A stretch of DNA of 64,000 nt from Candidatus Abyssobacteria bacterium SURF_17 (GCA_003598055.1 QZKI01000022.1:15566-79565); one strand, 5' to 3'. Positions 1 to 9,827 are shown, numbered from the stretch's first letter. Notes: a model not told the origin generated them from the sequence alone. Made by a program: numbers and translations.

Positions 1-285
1 GCTTTCCTCGCGGAGAATTGCACCCAGGACCATTGGTTGGCCGCCTGCCTGAGCCGCGCTCTTCTTCCGGGCCTCGGCGCGTTGCTCGTCGGTCTGCTCC
101 AGCGCCGCGAGTTGTTCGGCCACTTCTTTCTTCGTTTCGTGCCACATGAGATTGATAAAATCCCACGGTTTCTCATGCTCTCGTTCATCGTACTCCCTGG
201 CAATCGGCCGCATGTGGTTCTGTGCGAGCGCGCGCATTTTCTGCTGAGCGGCGACTATCTGTTCAGGCAATTCGAAGTCGATCAT
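1..285 (-). CDS. acyl-CoA dehydrogenase, N-terminal fragment; gene continues beyond the window start
   Basis: Minus-strand translation from the ATG at 285 gives MIDFELPEQIVAAQQKMRALAQNHMRPIAREYDEREHEKPWDFINLMWHE..., a typical ACAD N-terminus. A GGAGGTG Shine-Dalgarno sits 6 nt upstream. The frame is open to position 1. It is absent from the ORF track because it is incomplete. Confidence 0.55.
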   Translation of the reverse strand, partial: MIDFELPEQIVAAQQKMRALAQNHMRPIAREYDEREHEKPWDFINLMWHETKKEVAEQLAALEQTDEQRAEARKKSAAQAGGQPMVLGAILREES

Positions 286-354
286 TTCGGCACCTCCGGC
301 GGGAGACGAGCGTCCAATCGGCCAAACGGATTTCTCAGGGTGGTATTATAAGCG

Positions 355-386
355 CTCCTCTTTTCGCTTGCAAGCGAAAAGAGGAG
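355..386. promoter_or_regulatory. perfect 32-bp palindrome CTCCTCTTTTCGCTTG|CAAGCGAAAAGAGGAG in the divergent acd/glgC spacer; candidate operator
   Basis: The two halves are exact reverse complements. The palindrome lies upstream of both divergent starts (285 minus, 555 plus). No U-run follows it on either strand, so it is not a terminator. Confidence 0.35.
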
Positions 387-407
387 AGGGAACTCAGCAT
401 TAAGTCC

Positions 408-436
408 GTTGACGAACCACTGATGTTTTGTTAGAA
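408..436 (+). promoter_or_regulatory. candidate sigma70-type promoter for glgC (TTGACG-N17-TAGAAT)
   Basis: TTGACG at 408-413, a 17-nt spacer, and TAGAAT at 431-436, about 120 nt upstream of the glgC ATG. Confidence 0.35.
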
Positions 437-554
437 TTGAGGAGTTAGGAGGTACGGAGGGCGGATGTGAGGGACGCTGGCGGCCCCCGTTTACCTTACA
501 AAAGGTAGGGGTATATCTTATTACGGCCTCTTATTCATAGGAGTTGCGGCACAT

Positions 555-1826
555 ATGCGGAATGTTCTGGCGATACTCCTCGTCGGTGGCAAAGGGGAAC
601 GGCTCCATCCCTTGACGCTCGAGAGGGCGAAGCCCGCCGTGCCGTTCGGCGGAATCTATCGGCTCATCGACTTCACGCTGAGCAACAGCGTCAATTCAGG
701 CTTTCGCCGTATTTACATCCTGACTCAGTATAAATCCGACTCGCTCAATCGCCACGTGAGGAACGGCTGGAGCATTTTCCACCACGAATTCGGCGAGTTC
801 ATCGAGTTGATTCCGGCCCAACAGCGGGTCGGCGAGGAGTGGTATCAGGGAACATCGGATGCGGTGTACCAGAACTTGCATTTGCTCGAGCACGGCGCCA
901 TAAGCAGAGTCATAATCCTTTCGGGTGACCACGTTTATAAAATGGATTACTCGAAGATGCTCGACTTTCATGAGGCCAAAGGGGCCGACATGACCGTGGG
1001 CGCGCTCGAGGTCCCGCGCGCGGAGGGACATCGGTTCGGCATCCTGCGCGTGAACGAGGATGAGCGCGTCATCGATTTCCGGGAAAAGCCGACGGACCCG
1101 TGGCCGGTGCCGGGCAAAGCAGGTTTCGCGTTTGGGTCCATGGGCATCTATGTGTTCAATAAGGATGTGCTCGTGGATGTTCTCCGCAGCTCTCCCGAGG
1201 GGCGTCAGATGCAGGACTTCGGCAGGGACGTCATTCCCTCGATGCTCGATTCCTTTAAGGTTTATGCATACAACTTCATCGACGAGAACAAGAAGGAGGC
1301 GCAGTATTGGAAGGACGTGGGAACGATCGACGCCTACTACGATGCCAACATTGACCTTGTATCGGTCAGCCCGGTGTTCAACCTCTATGACCCGGAGTGG
1401 CCGATTCGCACGTATCAGCCGCAGAATCCGCCTGCAAAATTTGTGTTCGCCCAGGAGTTTGAAGGAGGCCGCATGGGCGTCGCGCTCGATTCGATTGTCT
1501 CCGGCGGCTGTATCGTCAGCGGAGGCAGGGTAAGGCGTTCGGTGCTCTCGTCCAAGGTGCGCATAAACAGCTTTGCCGAGGTGGAAGACTCCATCCTGTT
1601 CGACGGTGTCGATGTCGGGCGTTACTGCCGCATCAGAAGTGCGATAATCGATAAATACGTACAGATACCTCCACGGATGGAGATCGGGTTTGATCTCGAC
1701 AAAGACAAGGAACGGTTTACGGTCACTGATTCCGGCATCGTTGTCATAGCCAAGGGCACGAAGCTGAAGCCGCCACCCGTCCGTTTCTGGATGCCTTCGA
1801 TCGAGAGGGCGGGAAGAGAGCCATGA
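555..1826 (+). CDS. glgC: glucose-1-phosphate adenylyltransferase
   Basis: N-terminus LLVGGKGERLHPLTLERAKPAVPFGGIYRLIDFTLSNSVNSG is the NTP-transferase/GlgC signature. 423 aa. Its stop overlaps the glgA start by 4 nt (ATGA). Confidence 0.93.
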   Translation: MRNVLAILLVGGKGERLHPLTLERAKPAVPFGGIYRLIDFTLSNSVNSGFRRIYILTQYKSDSLNRHVRNGWSIFHHEFGEFIELIPAQQRVGEEWYQGTSDAVYQNLHLLEHGAISRVIILSGDHVYKMDYSKMLDFHEAKGADMTVGALEVPRAEGHRFGILRVNEDERVIDFREKPTDPWPVPGKAGFAFGSMGIYVFNKDVLVDVLRSSPEGRQMQDFGRDVIPSMLDSFKVYAYNFIDENKKEAQYWKDVGTIDAYYDANIDLVSVSPVFNLYDPEWPIRTYQPQNPPAKFVFAQEFEGGRMGVALDSIVSGGCIVSGGRVRRSVLSSKVRINSFAEVEDSILFDGVDVGRYCRIRSAIIDKYVQIPPRMEIGFDLDKDKERFTVTDSGIVVIAKGTKLKPPPVRFWMPSIERAGREP

Positions 1827-3283
1827 GAATCCTGCTTGCAGCGAGTGAAATGGTTCCCTTTTCAAAGACGGGCGGGCTTGCCGACGTGGCCGGGGCGCTC
1901 ACGAAGGCACTGAGCAGGCTGGGACACGAAGTGATTGCGGTCACCCCGCTCTACAAGAGTGTAAAAGAGAAGGGCTTCGCGATTGAGGACATTGACTGCC
2001 CCTTCGGCGTGCCGATTTCAAACCGGGAGGAATATGGAGAGATATTCCGCGCGACCCTTGACAATGGTGTGACGGTATATTTCATTGGAAAGGCTGCGTA
2101 CTACGACCGCGAACAGCTCTACCGCACGCAACAAGGCGATTACCCCGACAATGCCGAGCGTTTCATCTTCTTCTCGAAGGCCGTGCTGGAACTATGCAAG
2201 GTCTTGAAGATCAACCCCGACGTCATCCACTGCAACGATTGGCAGACAGGACTGGTGCCGCTCTATCTCCATACGCTTCAGAGCCGCGAGCCCGTTTTCC
2301 AGAATACGGCCACGGTGTTCACCATTCACAACATTGGCTATCAAGGATTATTCTGGCATCTTGATATGCACCTGACAAACCTGCCATGGGACCTGTTTAT
2401 GCCCGACGGGATTGAGTTCTACGGCAAGATCAACCTTCTGAAAGCCGGCATCATCGGAGCTGACATACTCAATACGGTCAGCCCGAGATATGCGCGGGAG
2501 ATTCAGACACCCGAGTTTGGCGCCGGCCTCGAGGGGATACTGCGGAAACGTTCTGACCGTTTGTTCGGAGTGCTCAATGGGGTTGACTATGACGAATGGA
2601 ACCCGGAAAGCGACAAGTATCTCGTTGCCAATTATGGGCCGGCCGACCTTTCCGGGAAGGCACAGTGCAAGAGAGACCTCGCCGAGCAATTCGGCCTTCC
2701 TGTGAGTGACCACATGCCGGTGATAGGAGTGGTCTCGCGGCTGGACAACCAGAAAGGATTTGACATTTTAGCTCCCGTGATGGATGATATTGTCGAACAA
2801 GGTTACCAGTTCGTGCTCCTGGGCACGGGTGACAAAGAATACCATGCGTTATTTGAAAAGCTGGCAAAGAAACATGCGAAACGGGTCGGCGTGAAGCTCT
2901 TATTCTCGAACGAACTGGCCCACAAGGTCGAGGCCGGCGCTGACATCTTCCTCATGCCTTCCCGCTATGAGCCATGTGGGCTGAATCAGATGTACAGCCT
3001 CAAATACGGGACCGTTCCTCTTGTACGCGCGACCGGCGGTCTCGATGATACCGTTGTAGATTACGCAGCGTCTCCCGCTAACGGCAACGGTTTCAAGTTC
3101 GAGGAGTACTCCTCCACCGCTCTCCTCGCCAAGCTCGCCGAGGCCCGGAAATTTTATGAAAATCCCGAGGAGTGGAATCGCATCATCCAGAATGGAATGG
3201 CATGCGATTTCTCATGGGACGCGTCTGCAGGAAGATATGAAGAACTTTACCAAAAGGCGCTGTCATTGAGCGCAAACAGATAG
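1823..3283 (+). CDS. glgA: glycogen synthase (ADP-glucose type)
   Basis: MRILLAASEMVPFSKTGGLADVAGALTKAL (KTGGL motif). 486 aa. Translationally coupled to glgC. Confidence 0.92.
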   Translation: MRILLAASEMVPFSKTGGLADVAGALTKALSRLGHEVIAVTPLYKSVKEKGFAIEDIDCPFGVPISNREEYGEIFRATLDNGVTVYFIGKAAYYDREQLYRTQQGDYPDNAERFIFFSKAVLELCKVLKINPDVIHCNDWQTGLVPLYLHTLQSREPVFQNTATVFTIHNIGYQGLFWHLDMHLTNLPWDLFMPDGIEFYGKINLLKAGIIGADILNTVSPRYAREIQTPEFGAGLEGILRKRSDRLFGVLNGVDYDEWNPESDKYLVANYGPADLSGKAQCKRDLAEQFGLPVSDHMPVIGVVSRLDNQKGFDILAPVMDDIVEQGYQFVLLGTGDKEYHALFEKLAKKHAKRVGVKLLFSNELAHKVEAGADIFLMPSRYEPCGLNQMYSLKYGTVPLVRATGGLDDTVVDYAASPANGNGFKFEEYSSTALLAKLAEARKFYENPEEWNRIIQNGMACDFSWDASAGRYEELYQKALSLSANR

Positions 3284-3320
3284 CTTCGTAGAACAGACCT
3301 CATACGAGGAGAAATATCAT

Positions 3321-4340
3321 ATGCCGGAACTGCGGAAAGACCCTGTGATTGGTCGTTGGGTTATCATTGCGACCGAGCGCGGAAAGCGGCCGATGGATTT
3401 TCATCCTGACCCCGTGACCGATGACGCGGGTTTCTGTCCTTTTTGTGAAGGACACGAGGACAAGACCCCTCCCGAGATCCTTGCGTTTCGGGACAACCAT
3501 CAGGCAGCGAACAGCCCGGGTTGGAATGTTCGCGTCGTCCCCAACAAATTCCCCGCCCTCCGCATCGAGGGCGACATGGGCAAGATGGGAGTGGGCATGT
3601 ATGACAAGATGAACGGCATCGGCGCGCACGAGGTCATCATCGAGACGCCTGACCACCTTCAGAAACTTCATATGCACACGCCCGAGAGCCTCACCAAGGT
3701 ATTTCAGGCGTACAAGAACAGACTGCTTGACCTGAACAACGACCAGCGGTTCAAGTATATTCTCATTTTCAAGAACGAAGGCCGTCAGGCGGGGGCGTCG
3801 CTGAGTCATCCCCATTCCCAGCTCATTGCCACTCCGGTCACGCCAAAGCGTGTGAGAGAGAAGCTCCTTGGCGCGAAGGACTATTTCAATTACAAGGATC
3901 GCTGCGTGTTCTGCGACATCATCAGGGAGGAGATTTCGCAGGAGGTAAGACTTATCTATGAGAACCGGGGATTCATAGGTTTTTGTCCGTTCGCCTCCCG
4001 GTTCCCGTTCGAGATCTGGATCATGCCGAAGCGGCACAATCCCGATTTCTATAGCATGGACCACGAGGAAATGATGCTGCTCAGCGACACCTTCATCGTC
4101 GTGATGAAGAAGCTCGCCGTCGCCCTGAACCGGCCGCAATATAACTTCATCCTCACCACCGGGCCGGTCCGTTGGGCGAGAATGGGTTACTGGGTCACCC
4201 TTGACGTGGACTTTCACTGGCATATCGAAATCATGCCGAAGCTCACCCAGGTTGCCGGATTCGAATGGGGCACGGGCTTCTACATCAATCCCACCATTCC
4301 GGAGGAAGCGGCCAAATTCCTGAGGGAGGTCGAGGCTTGA
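3321..4340 (+). CDS. galT: galactose-1-phosphate / hexose-1-phosphate uridylyltransferase (HIT family, GalT type)
   Basis: Zn-site FCPFCEGHE and catalytic HPHSQ (HxHxQ) motifs. 339 aa. AGGAG RBS upstream. Confidence 0.85.
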   Translation: MPELRKDPVIGRWVIIATERGKRPMDFHPDPVTDDAGFCPFCEGHEDKTPPEILAFRDNHQAANSPGWNVRVVPNKFPALRIEGDMGKMGVGMYDKMNGIGAHEVIIETPDHLQKLHMHTPESLTKVFQAYKNRLLDLNNDQRFKYILIFKNEGRQAGASLSHPHSQLIATPVTPKRVREKLLGAKDYFNYKDRCVFCDIIREEISQEVRLIYENRGFIGFCPFASRFPFEIWIMPKRHNPDFYSMDHEEMMLLSDTFIVVMKKLAVALNRPQYNFILTTGPVRWARMGYWVTLDVDFHWHIEIMPKLTQVAGFEWGTGFYINPTIPEEAAKFLREVEA

Positions 4341-6523
4341 GTTCCGCCTCCGTCGCTTTCCTCTGGCACATGCATCAGCCGTTTTACCTCGACCGCACCA
4401 CCGGAGAAATATCCATGCCTTGGGTGCGCCTGCATGCCGCCAAGGGCTACTATGACATGATCTCTCTCCTTGAAGACTTCCCGGAGGCGAGGGCAACGTT
4501 CAACCTCGTGCCTTCGCTCATCACCCAACTCCTGGCGTACCGGGACGGGACTGCCACGGACAGATTTTGTGAATGCAGCCGCATCCCGGCCGCCGAACTT
4601 ACATCCGACCAGAGGAAGTTTATCCTTCGCGAGTTTTTCCAGGCGAACTGGGAGAACATGATACGCCCGCACAACCGCTACTGGGAACTCATGCACGAGC
4701 GCGGATTCAAGCTGTATCCGGATACCGTAAACGAGTATACCATCGACAGATTCAACACTCAGGCCTATCGCGACCTTCAAGTATGGTTCAATTTGGCATG
4801 GTTCGGATACCGGGCTCGTAAGAGATTCCCCGTGCTGAAGGAACTCATCCGGAAAGGCCGCTATTTCACCGAGGACGACAAGCACGAAGTTCTCTCGATT
4901 CAGATGCAGGTCATTGGAGAGGTTATTCCTTTGTACAAACGGATGCAGGACCGGGGGCAGGTGGAACTGACGACAAGCCCATTCTACCACCCGATTCTTC
5001 CGCTCCTGTGCGATTCGGAAATCGCATGGCGCTCGATGCCGGGGGCGCGGTTGCCGGAACGTTTCCGTTATCCGGAAGACGCGCAGGCGCAGATTCGGGC
5101 GGCTGTCGCGTATCATGAGGAGACCTTCGGGAAGCCGCCGAAGGGAATGTGGCCGTCGGAAGGCTCCGTCTGCCCGGAAATCATTCCGGTGGTTGCCGCA
5201 GCAGGGATCACGTGGACGGCGACGGATGAGGCGATACTTGCGCATACGCTTAAGTGTCACAATATATATGAGCATCTCTACTTCCCATACAAGGCTTGCT
5301 ATGGCGGCGCCGAGGTTGACATGATCTTCAGGGACCGCGGCCTATCGGATATGGTGGGATTCTCATACTCACGGAACAAGCCGAAGGAGGCGAGTGACGA
5401 CTTCCTTTATCGGCTGCGTCAAATCGCGCGTGCCCACTGGCGGCCCGACCGGGAGCCTCTTGTGCCCATCATCCTTGACGGCGAGAACGCGTGGGAATAC
5501 TATGCCGACGGAGGTGAAGAGTTTCTTTCGCGGGTCTATGAGAACCTGAGCATGGGCGATTCATTGCACATGACCACCGTGGGCGATTTTCTTGCCCGGC
5601 ATGCGGACAGGCGCTACATCGACAACCTCTATTCGGGCTCGTGGATCGGCCACAACTTTGACATCTGGATTGGTGATCCGGAAGAGAATGATGCATGGAA
5701 CTGCATTAATCGCACACGGAAATTCCTGAAGCAGTATGAGGAAAGATGGGGGGATTCCGCGCCGCGACTCGCTCGTGCATGGGAGGAACTGCATGCGGCC
5801 GAGGGCAGCGATTGGTTCTGGTGGTATGGCCCCGATTTCACGACGGACAACGACCCTGAATTCGACCGCCTGTTCCGTATGCATTTGCAGAACGTCTACA
5901 AGGCGCTGGAAGAAGAAGTGCCCCACTATCTTTCGACGCCACTCCTGCGCAAGACGCCGGCGCCGGTCGGACACGTTCCCATGTCGCTTATTCGGCCGAG
6001 AATCGACGGTCGCATCACCGATTTCTTCGAGTGGCAGGGGGCCGGACGATACGAATGCGCCCGGGGCGACAAGGCAATTGCGCTGGGGTGCCGATACCTG
6101 GAACAAATACATTATGGCTTCAGCACCGAGAATCTCTACCTGCGATTCGACATTGACACGTTGAGCGGCATCAGGTCGGAAGACAACACCGTAAAGCTCC
6201 AAGTATACGTCATCGGGCCTCAACTGCACCGGCTCACCATGCCGCTGTATTTTGACGCGGCCGAACGGAAGACATTCACGATTGAACAAAGCCGCGATGG
6301 CGTCACGTTTGAAATGGTGCAGGAGTGCGAGACTGTTGGGTGGAAGAAAATCCTCGAGCTCTCTGTCCCGTTCGCGGCGCTCAGGCTTCAACCGGGACAG
6401 CGGGTGAAGTTCTTTGTGAGCCTGAAAAATGACAGGGTAGAAATGATGCGGTTTCCACGGGAAGGCCTGCTGAGCTTCACCGTGCCCGACGAACATTTTG
6501 AAGCGGAGATGTGGGTCGTGTGA
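4337..6523 (+). CDS. glycoside hydrolase family 57 protein (alpha-amylase / branching-enzyme-like). Start uncertain: TTG at 4337 or ATG at 4370.
   Basis: The LWHMHQPFY...GYYDMISLL N-terminal region is a GH57 hallmark (HxHQP). The longest ORF (start 4265) overlaps galT. The conserved block starts right at the galT stop, so the TTG at 4337 overlapping the galT TGA, or the ATG at 4370, is the more likely start. Confidence 0.8.
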   Translation: MSSASVAFLWHMHQPFYLDRTTGEISMPWVRLHAAKGYYDMISLLEDFPEARATFNLVPSLITQLLAYRDGTATDRFCECSRIPAAELTSDQRKFILREFFQANWENMIRPHNRYWELMHERGFKLYPDTVNEYTIDRFNTQAYRDLQVWFNLAWFGYRARKRFPVLKELIRKGRYFTEDDKHEVLSIQMQVIGEVIPLYKRMQDRGQVELTTSPFYHPILPLLCDSEIAWRSMPGARLPERFRYPEDAQAQIRAAVAYHEETFGKPPKGMWPSEGSVCPEIIPVVAAAGITWTATDEAILAHTLKCHNIYEHLYFPYKACYGGAEVDMIFRDRGLSDMVGFSYSRNKPKEASDDFLYRLRQIARAHWRPDREPLVPIILDGENAWEYYADGGEEFLSRVYENLSMGDSLHMTTVGDFLARHADRRYIDNLYSGSWIGHNFDIWIGDPEENDAWNCINRTRKFLKQYEERWGDSAPRLARAWEELHAAEGSDWFWWYGPDFTTDNDPEFDRLFRMHLQNVYKALEEEVPHYLSTPLLRKTPAPVGHVPMSLIRPRIDGRITDFFEWQGAGRYECARGDKAIALGCRYLEQIHYGFSTENLYLRFDIDTLSGIRSEDNTVKLQVYVIGPQLHRLTMPLYFDAAERKTFTIEQSRDGVTFEMVQECETVGWKKILELSVPFAALRLQPGQRVKFFVSLKNDRVEMMRFPREGLLSFTVPDEHFEAEMWVV

Positions 6524-6562
6524 CGATATCGAGAGGATAGTCCCCCCGACGGAAAGAGGACA

Positions 6563-8692
6563 ATGAAGCCACAGGTAAACTTGATGCTGGGAATTCATTC
6601 CCACCAGCCCGTCGGCAATTTCGACGGGGTGTTCAAACAGGCTTACGAGACATGCTACCGTCCTTTTCTGGAGACTCTTGCCCGCCACCCCGGTGTCCGC
6701 GTGGCGCTCCATTACTCCGGTCCCCTGCTCGAGTGGTTCGAGGGAAACGAGCCGGATTACATCGACATGATCGCAGACCTTGCCGAGCATGGGCAGGTGG
6801 AAATGCTCAGCGGCGGTTTCTATGAACCCATCCTTCCCATCATCCCGCGCGAGGATGCACTCGGCCAGATTGAGATGATGAACGCGTACATACGCAAGCG
6901 CTTCGGGCAAAAGGCGCGCGGCCTGTGGCTGACGGAGCGCGTGTGGGAGCCGCACCTGCCGTCGCTCATCGCGGATGCAGGCCTCAGTTACACGATCATA
7001 GACGAAACGCATTTCGTCTATGCCGGACTCGACGCGCAAGACATGTTCGGGTATTACTTGACTGAGGACAACGGCAAAGATGTGGCTGTATTCCCCATTG
7101 ACAAGCACCTGCGATACTACATTCCGTTCAAACTGCCGGAGGATACGCTTGAGTACTTGCGCACGGTCTCCGCGGGAACCGGCCCCAAAGACATAACCTA
7201 TGGAGACGACGGCGAGAAGTTCGGCGTGTGGCCGGAGACATACAAGTGGGTGTACACCGAGGGTTACCTCGAGAAATTTTTCGCGATGCTCGAGGCCAAT
7301 GCCGATTGGGTGACGATGCCCACGTTCTCGGAATTTGTCGAGTCGCACCCGCCGGTGGGCCGCATCTACTTGCCGACAGCCGCGTACGACGAGATGACGG
7401 AATGGGCGCTGCCCGCGCGCGCGTCAATCCGGTATCAGGACATACTTGACAAGCTGAAGGCTGACGGCGCGTATCAAAATTACCGACCGTTCCTGCGCGG
7501 CGGATTCTGGCGCAACTTTCTGGCAAAATATCCTGAATCCAACCGAATGCACAAGAAGATGCTGCTTGTCAGTCGCAAGGTGCACTCCCTGCGAGACAAA
7601 CGAGCGGCTGAGGCCAAGCGCCACTTATGGCAGGGGCAGTGCAATTGTCCCTACTGGCACGGCCTGTTCGGGGGCCTGTATCTGAATTACCTCAGGTTCG
7701 CAAATTACACACATCTGATCCAGGCCGAACAGTTGGCGGATGGGGCGGACAAGAAGTCTACGCCCGCACTCCGCGTCGAGAACGTCGATTACGATTGCGA
7801 CGGGCACGAAGAGACCATTGTCACCACACCCGTATACGGTGTTTGCTTCAGTCCCGGTTACGGCGGCTCGGTCGCCGAAATCGACTACATGCCGAAATGT
7901 TTCAATATAACGGATGTCATGAGCCGAAGGCCCGAGGCATATCACCGTAAGATAACCGAGGCTTCGACCGGTCATGGGTCAGCCGAGGTGAAATCGATCC
8001 ACGATATCGTTCGCGTGAAGGAAAAAGACCTCGAAAAAAAGCTGTCGTATGACTGGTACGAACGACGCTGTTTCCTCGACCATTTCATCCGGGCCGGAAC
8101 GACCCTGGACGAGTTCGCGCGCTCGCAGTATCTTGAGGAGGGCGATTTCGTCAATCAGCCTTACAATGTCGCGACAAAGAAGAAGTCGCGCGACACATTC
8201 GCGCTTACACTGAAGCGTGACGGTCACCTGTGGACGCCGCAGCGCGCAATACCGATTTCAATCGAGAAAACGTTCACAATCTCGAGCAAGGAAGGAATCG
8301 AAGCACGATATACCATTCAGAGCAGCGTTGAACCCGTCCCGCCGACGATGTTTGCCGTCGAGCTCAATCTCACACTGTTGGCGGGAGACAGCGAGGACCG
8401 CTTCTATGATATTCCCGGCTGTTCCCTGGAGCACAATCGAATGAACAGTATGGGTGAGCTTGAGCCCGTTTCGCTCGTCCGCCTCATTGACCGTTGGATG
8501 AACATCGCGATTGTCGTCGAGTACGAACCTTCGGCCATTTTCTGGAGATTCCCGATAGAAACCGTATCCCAGTCTGAAGGAGGCTTTGAGAGGACGTACC
8601 AGGGTTCAAGCCTCACGGCGCTGTGGTCGCTTTCACTTGATGCGCATGATGTGGTAGGATGCTCAGTCAAGCTAAGGGTGGAGCAGCTCTAG
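6563..8692 (+). CDS. glycoside hydrolase family 57 protein (4-alpha-glucanotransferase / amylopullulanase-like, long C-terminal extension)
   Basis: MLGIHSHQPVGNFDGVF...ALHYSGPLLEWFE is typical GH57 N-terminal catalytic region. 709 aa. Second GH57 in tandem with the previous one. Confidence 0.8.
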   Translation: MKPQVNLMLGIHSHQPVGNFDGVFKQAYETCYRPFLETLARHPGVRVALHYSGPLLEWFEGNEPDYIDMIADLAEHGQVEMLSGGFYEPILPIIPREDALGQIEMMNAYIRKRFGQKARGLWLTERVWEPHLPSLIADAGLSYTIIDETHFVYAGLDAQDMFGYYLTEDNGKDVAVFPIDKHLRYYIPFKLPEDTLEYLRTVSAGTGPKDITYGDDGEKFGVWPETYKWVYTEGYLEKFFAMLEANADWVTMPTFSEFVESHPPVGRIYLPTAAYDEMTEWALPARASIRYQDILDKLKADGAYQNYRPFLRGGFWRNFLAKYPESNRMHKKMLLVSRKVHSLRDKRAAEAKRHLWQGQCNCPYWHGLFGGLYLNYLRFANYTHLIQAEQLADGADKKSTPALRVENVDYDCDGHEETIVTTPVYGVCFSPGYGGSVAEIDYMPKCFNITDVMSRRPEAYHRKITEASTGHGSAEVKSIHDIVRVKEKDLEKKLSYDWYERRCFLDHFIRAGTTLDEFARSQYLEEGDFVNQPYNVATKKKSRDTFALTLKRDGHLWTPQRAIPISIEKTFTISSKEGIEARYTIQSSVEPVPPTMFAVELNLTLLAGDSEDRFYDIPGCSLEHNRMNSMGELEPVSLVRLIDRWMNIAIVVEYEPSAIFWRFPIETVSQSEGGFERTYQGSSLTALWSLSLDAHDVVGCSVKLRVEQL

Positions 8693-8754
8693 CGCGTAAT
8701 TCCGGAAATTCGCGGCATAGGTAAAATAGCCCTGAGGATGGTTGTTGTAGGGCC

Positions 8755-8812
8755 GAATTCATTCGGCTGGAGACCTGGAAGGCCTCATGCGAATAAATTC
8801 GCACCTACAGAC
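8755..8812. repeat. bipartite palindromic repeat element (GGGCCGAATTCATTCGGCTGGA ... ATGCGAATAAATTCGCACCTACAGAC)
   Basis: Two short palindromes (GCCGAAT/ATTCGGC and TGCGAAT/ATTCGCA) plus a CCTACAGAC tail. The same two modules recur at 44515-44586 and the second module twice at 51116-51187. Confidence 0.5.
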
Positions 8813-8873
8813 AGCTTGCGGACATGACGCGAAACTCTGCAAGTGAACACGAACTGAAAGCCAAGACGAATTT

Positions 8874-9827
8874 ATGCCTGCAGAAAGTCCCCGTTATGAG
8901 ATAGCCGTTGTCGGGCCGGGCGCGATCGGATGCCTCTTCGGCGGCCTGCTCAAAGAGGCGGGCCATCGGGTCATCATGCTCGACCATCGGCCCGAACGAG
9001 CTGAATCGATCAACCGCAAAGGCATCCACATCGAAGGCATTTCGGGCACGCGCGACATCGCCATGAAAGCAACCGCGAACCCATCCGATGTGGCAGGGTG
9101 TGATTTCGCCCTCATTGCGACCAAGTCCTACGATACCGGGGTGGCGGTCAACACCATTTCCGGAGTCCTTCGCCCGTCCACGCCGGTGATGACGCTGCAG
9201 AACGGCCTCGGAAACGTCGAATTGATAAGCAGAGCCGTCGGTGATGAAAGGACAATCGGAGGAATCACGTCTCAGGGCGCCACATTGCTCGGTGACGGCT
9301 CTGTCAGACATGCGGGCGCCGGGAAAACCGTCATTGGCACTCCGTCGAACCGACTCACCGAGAATCTCCGCCGGGTTAAGGGCATGCTCGATTCCTCGGG
9401 CTTCGCCCCGCAGATTTCCGACGACCTCGAAAGCACTATCTGGAGCAAGCTCCTCATCAACGTCGGCATAAACGCGCTCACGGCCATAACGAGACTGAAT
9501 AATGGAAGGCTTCTCGAATTCGGGGGAACTCGAAGCATCATGCAGGATGCGGTCAGAGAAGCAGTCGCTGTGGCGGATGCCCGCGGCATAGCGTTGGCTC
9601 ACGGTGACCCACTTGCACAGGTCGAGGAGGTGTGCCGCCTGACCGCCGCGAACGTCTCTTCGATGCTCCAGGATGTGCTCGCACGGAGAAGGACGGAGAT
9701 AGACGCCATCAACGGCGCCGTTGCGCGAATCGGATTGGAGTTGGGAATTCCAACGCCCGTGAATTCAGTTCTCGCCTCGCTCGTGCACACCATAGAATCC
9801 AGCTACCACCTTCAGGTAAGCCGCTGA
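8874..9827 (+). CDS. 2-dehydropantoate 2-reductase family (ApbA/PanE) oxidoreductase
   Basis: N-terminal Rossmann IAVVGPGAIGCLFGGLL, conserved LIATKSYDT lysine, and ketopantoate-reductase-like C-terminal domain. 317 aa. Confidence 0.6.
   Translation: MPAESPRYEIAVVGPGAIGCLFGGLLKEAGHRVIMLDHRPERAESINRKGIHIEGISGTRDIAMKATANPSDVAGCDFALIATKSYDTGVAVNTISGVLRPSTPVMTLQNGLGNVELISRAVGDERTIGGITSQGATLLGDGSVRHAGAGKTVIGTPSNRLTENLRRVKGMLDSSGFAPQISDDLESTIWSKLLINVGINALTAITRLNNGRLLEFGGTRSIMQDAVREAVAVADARGIALAHGDPLAQVEEVCRLTAANVSSMLQDVLARRRTEIDAINGAVARIGLELGIPTPVNSVLASLVHTIESSYHLQVSR

Noticed and set aside
696-1865. 389-aa minus-strand ORF
   Set aside because: Antisense to glgC across its entire length.
5561-7348. 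595-aa minus-strand ORF spanning the two GH57 genes
   Set aside because: It lies antisense to two well-supported GH57 coding regions. It has no recognisable motifs and an Arg/Pro/Ala-rich composition typical of GC-driven antisense ORFs.
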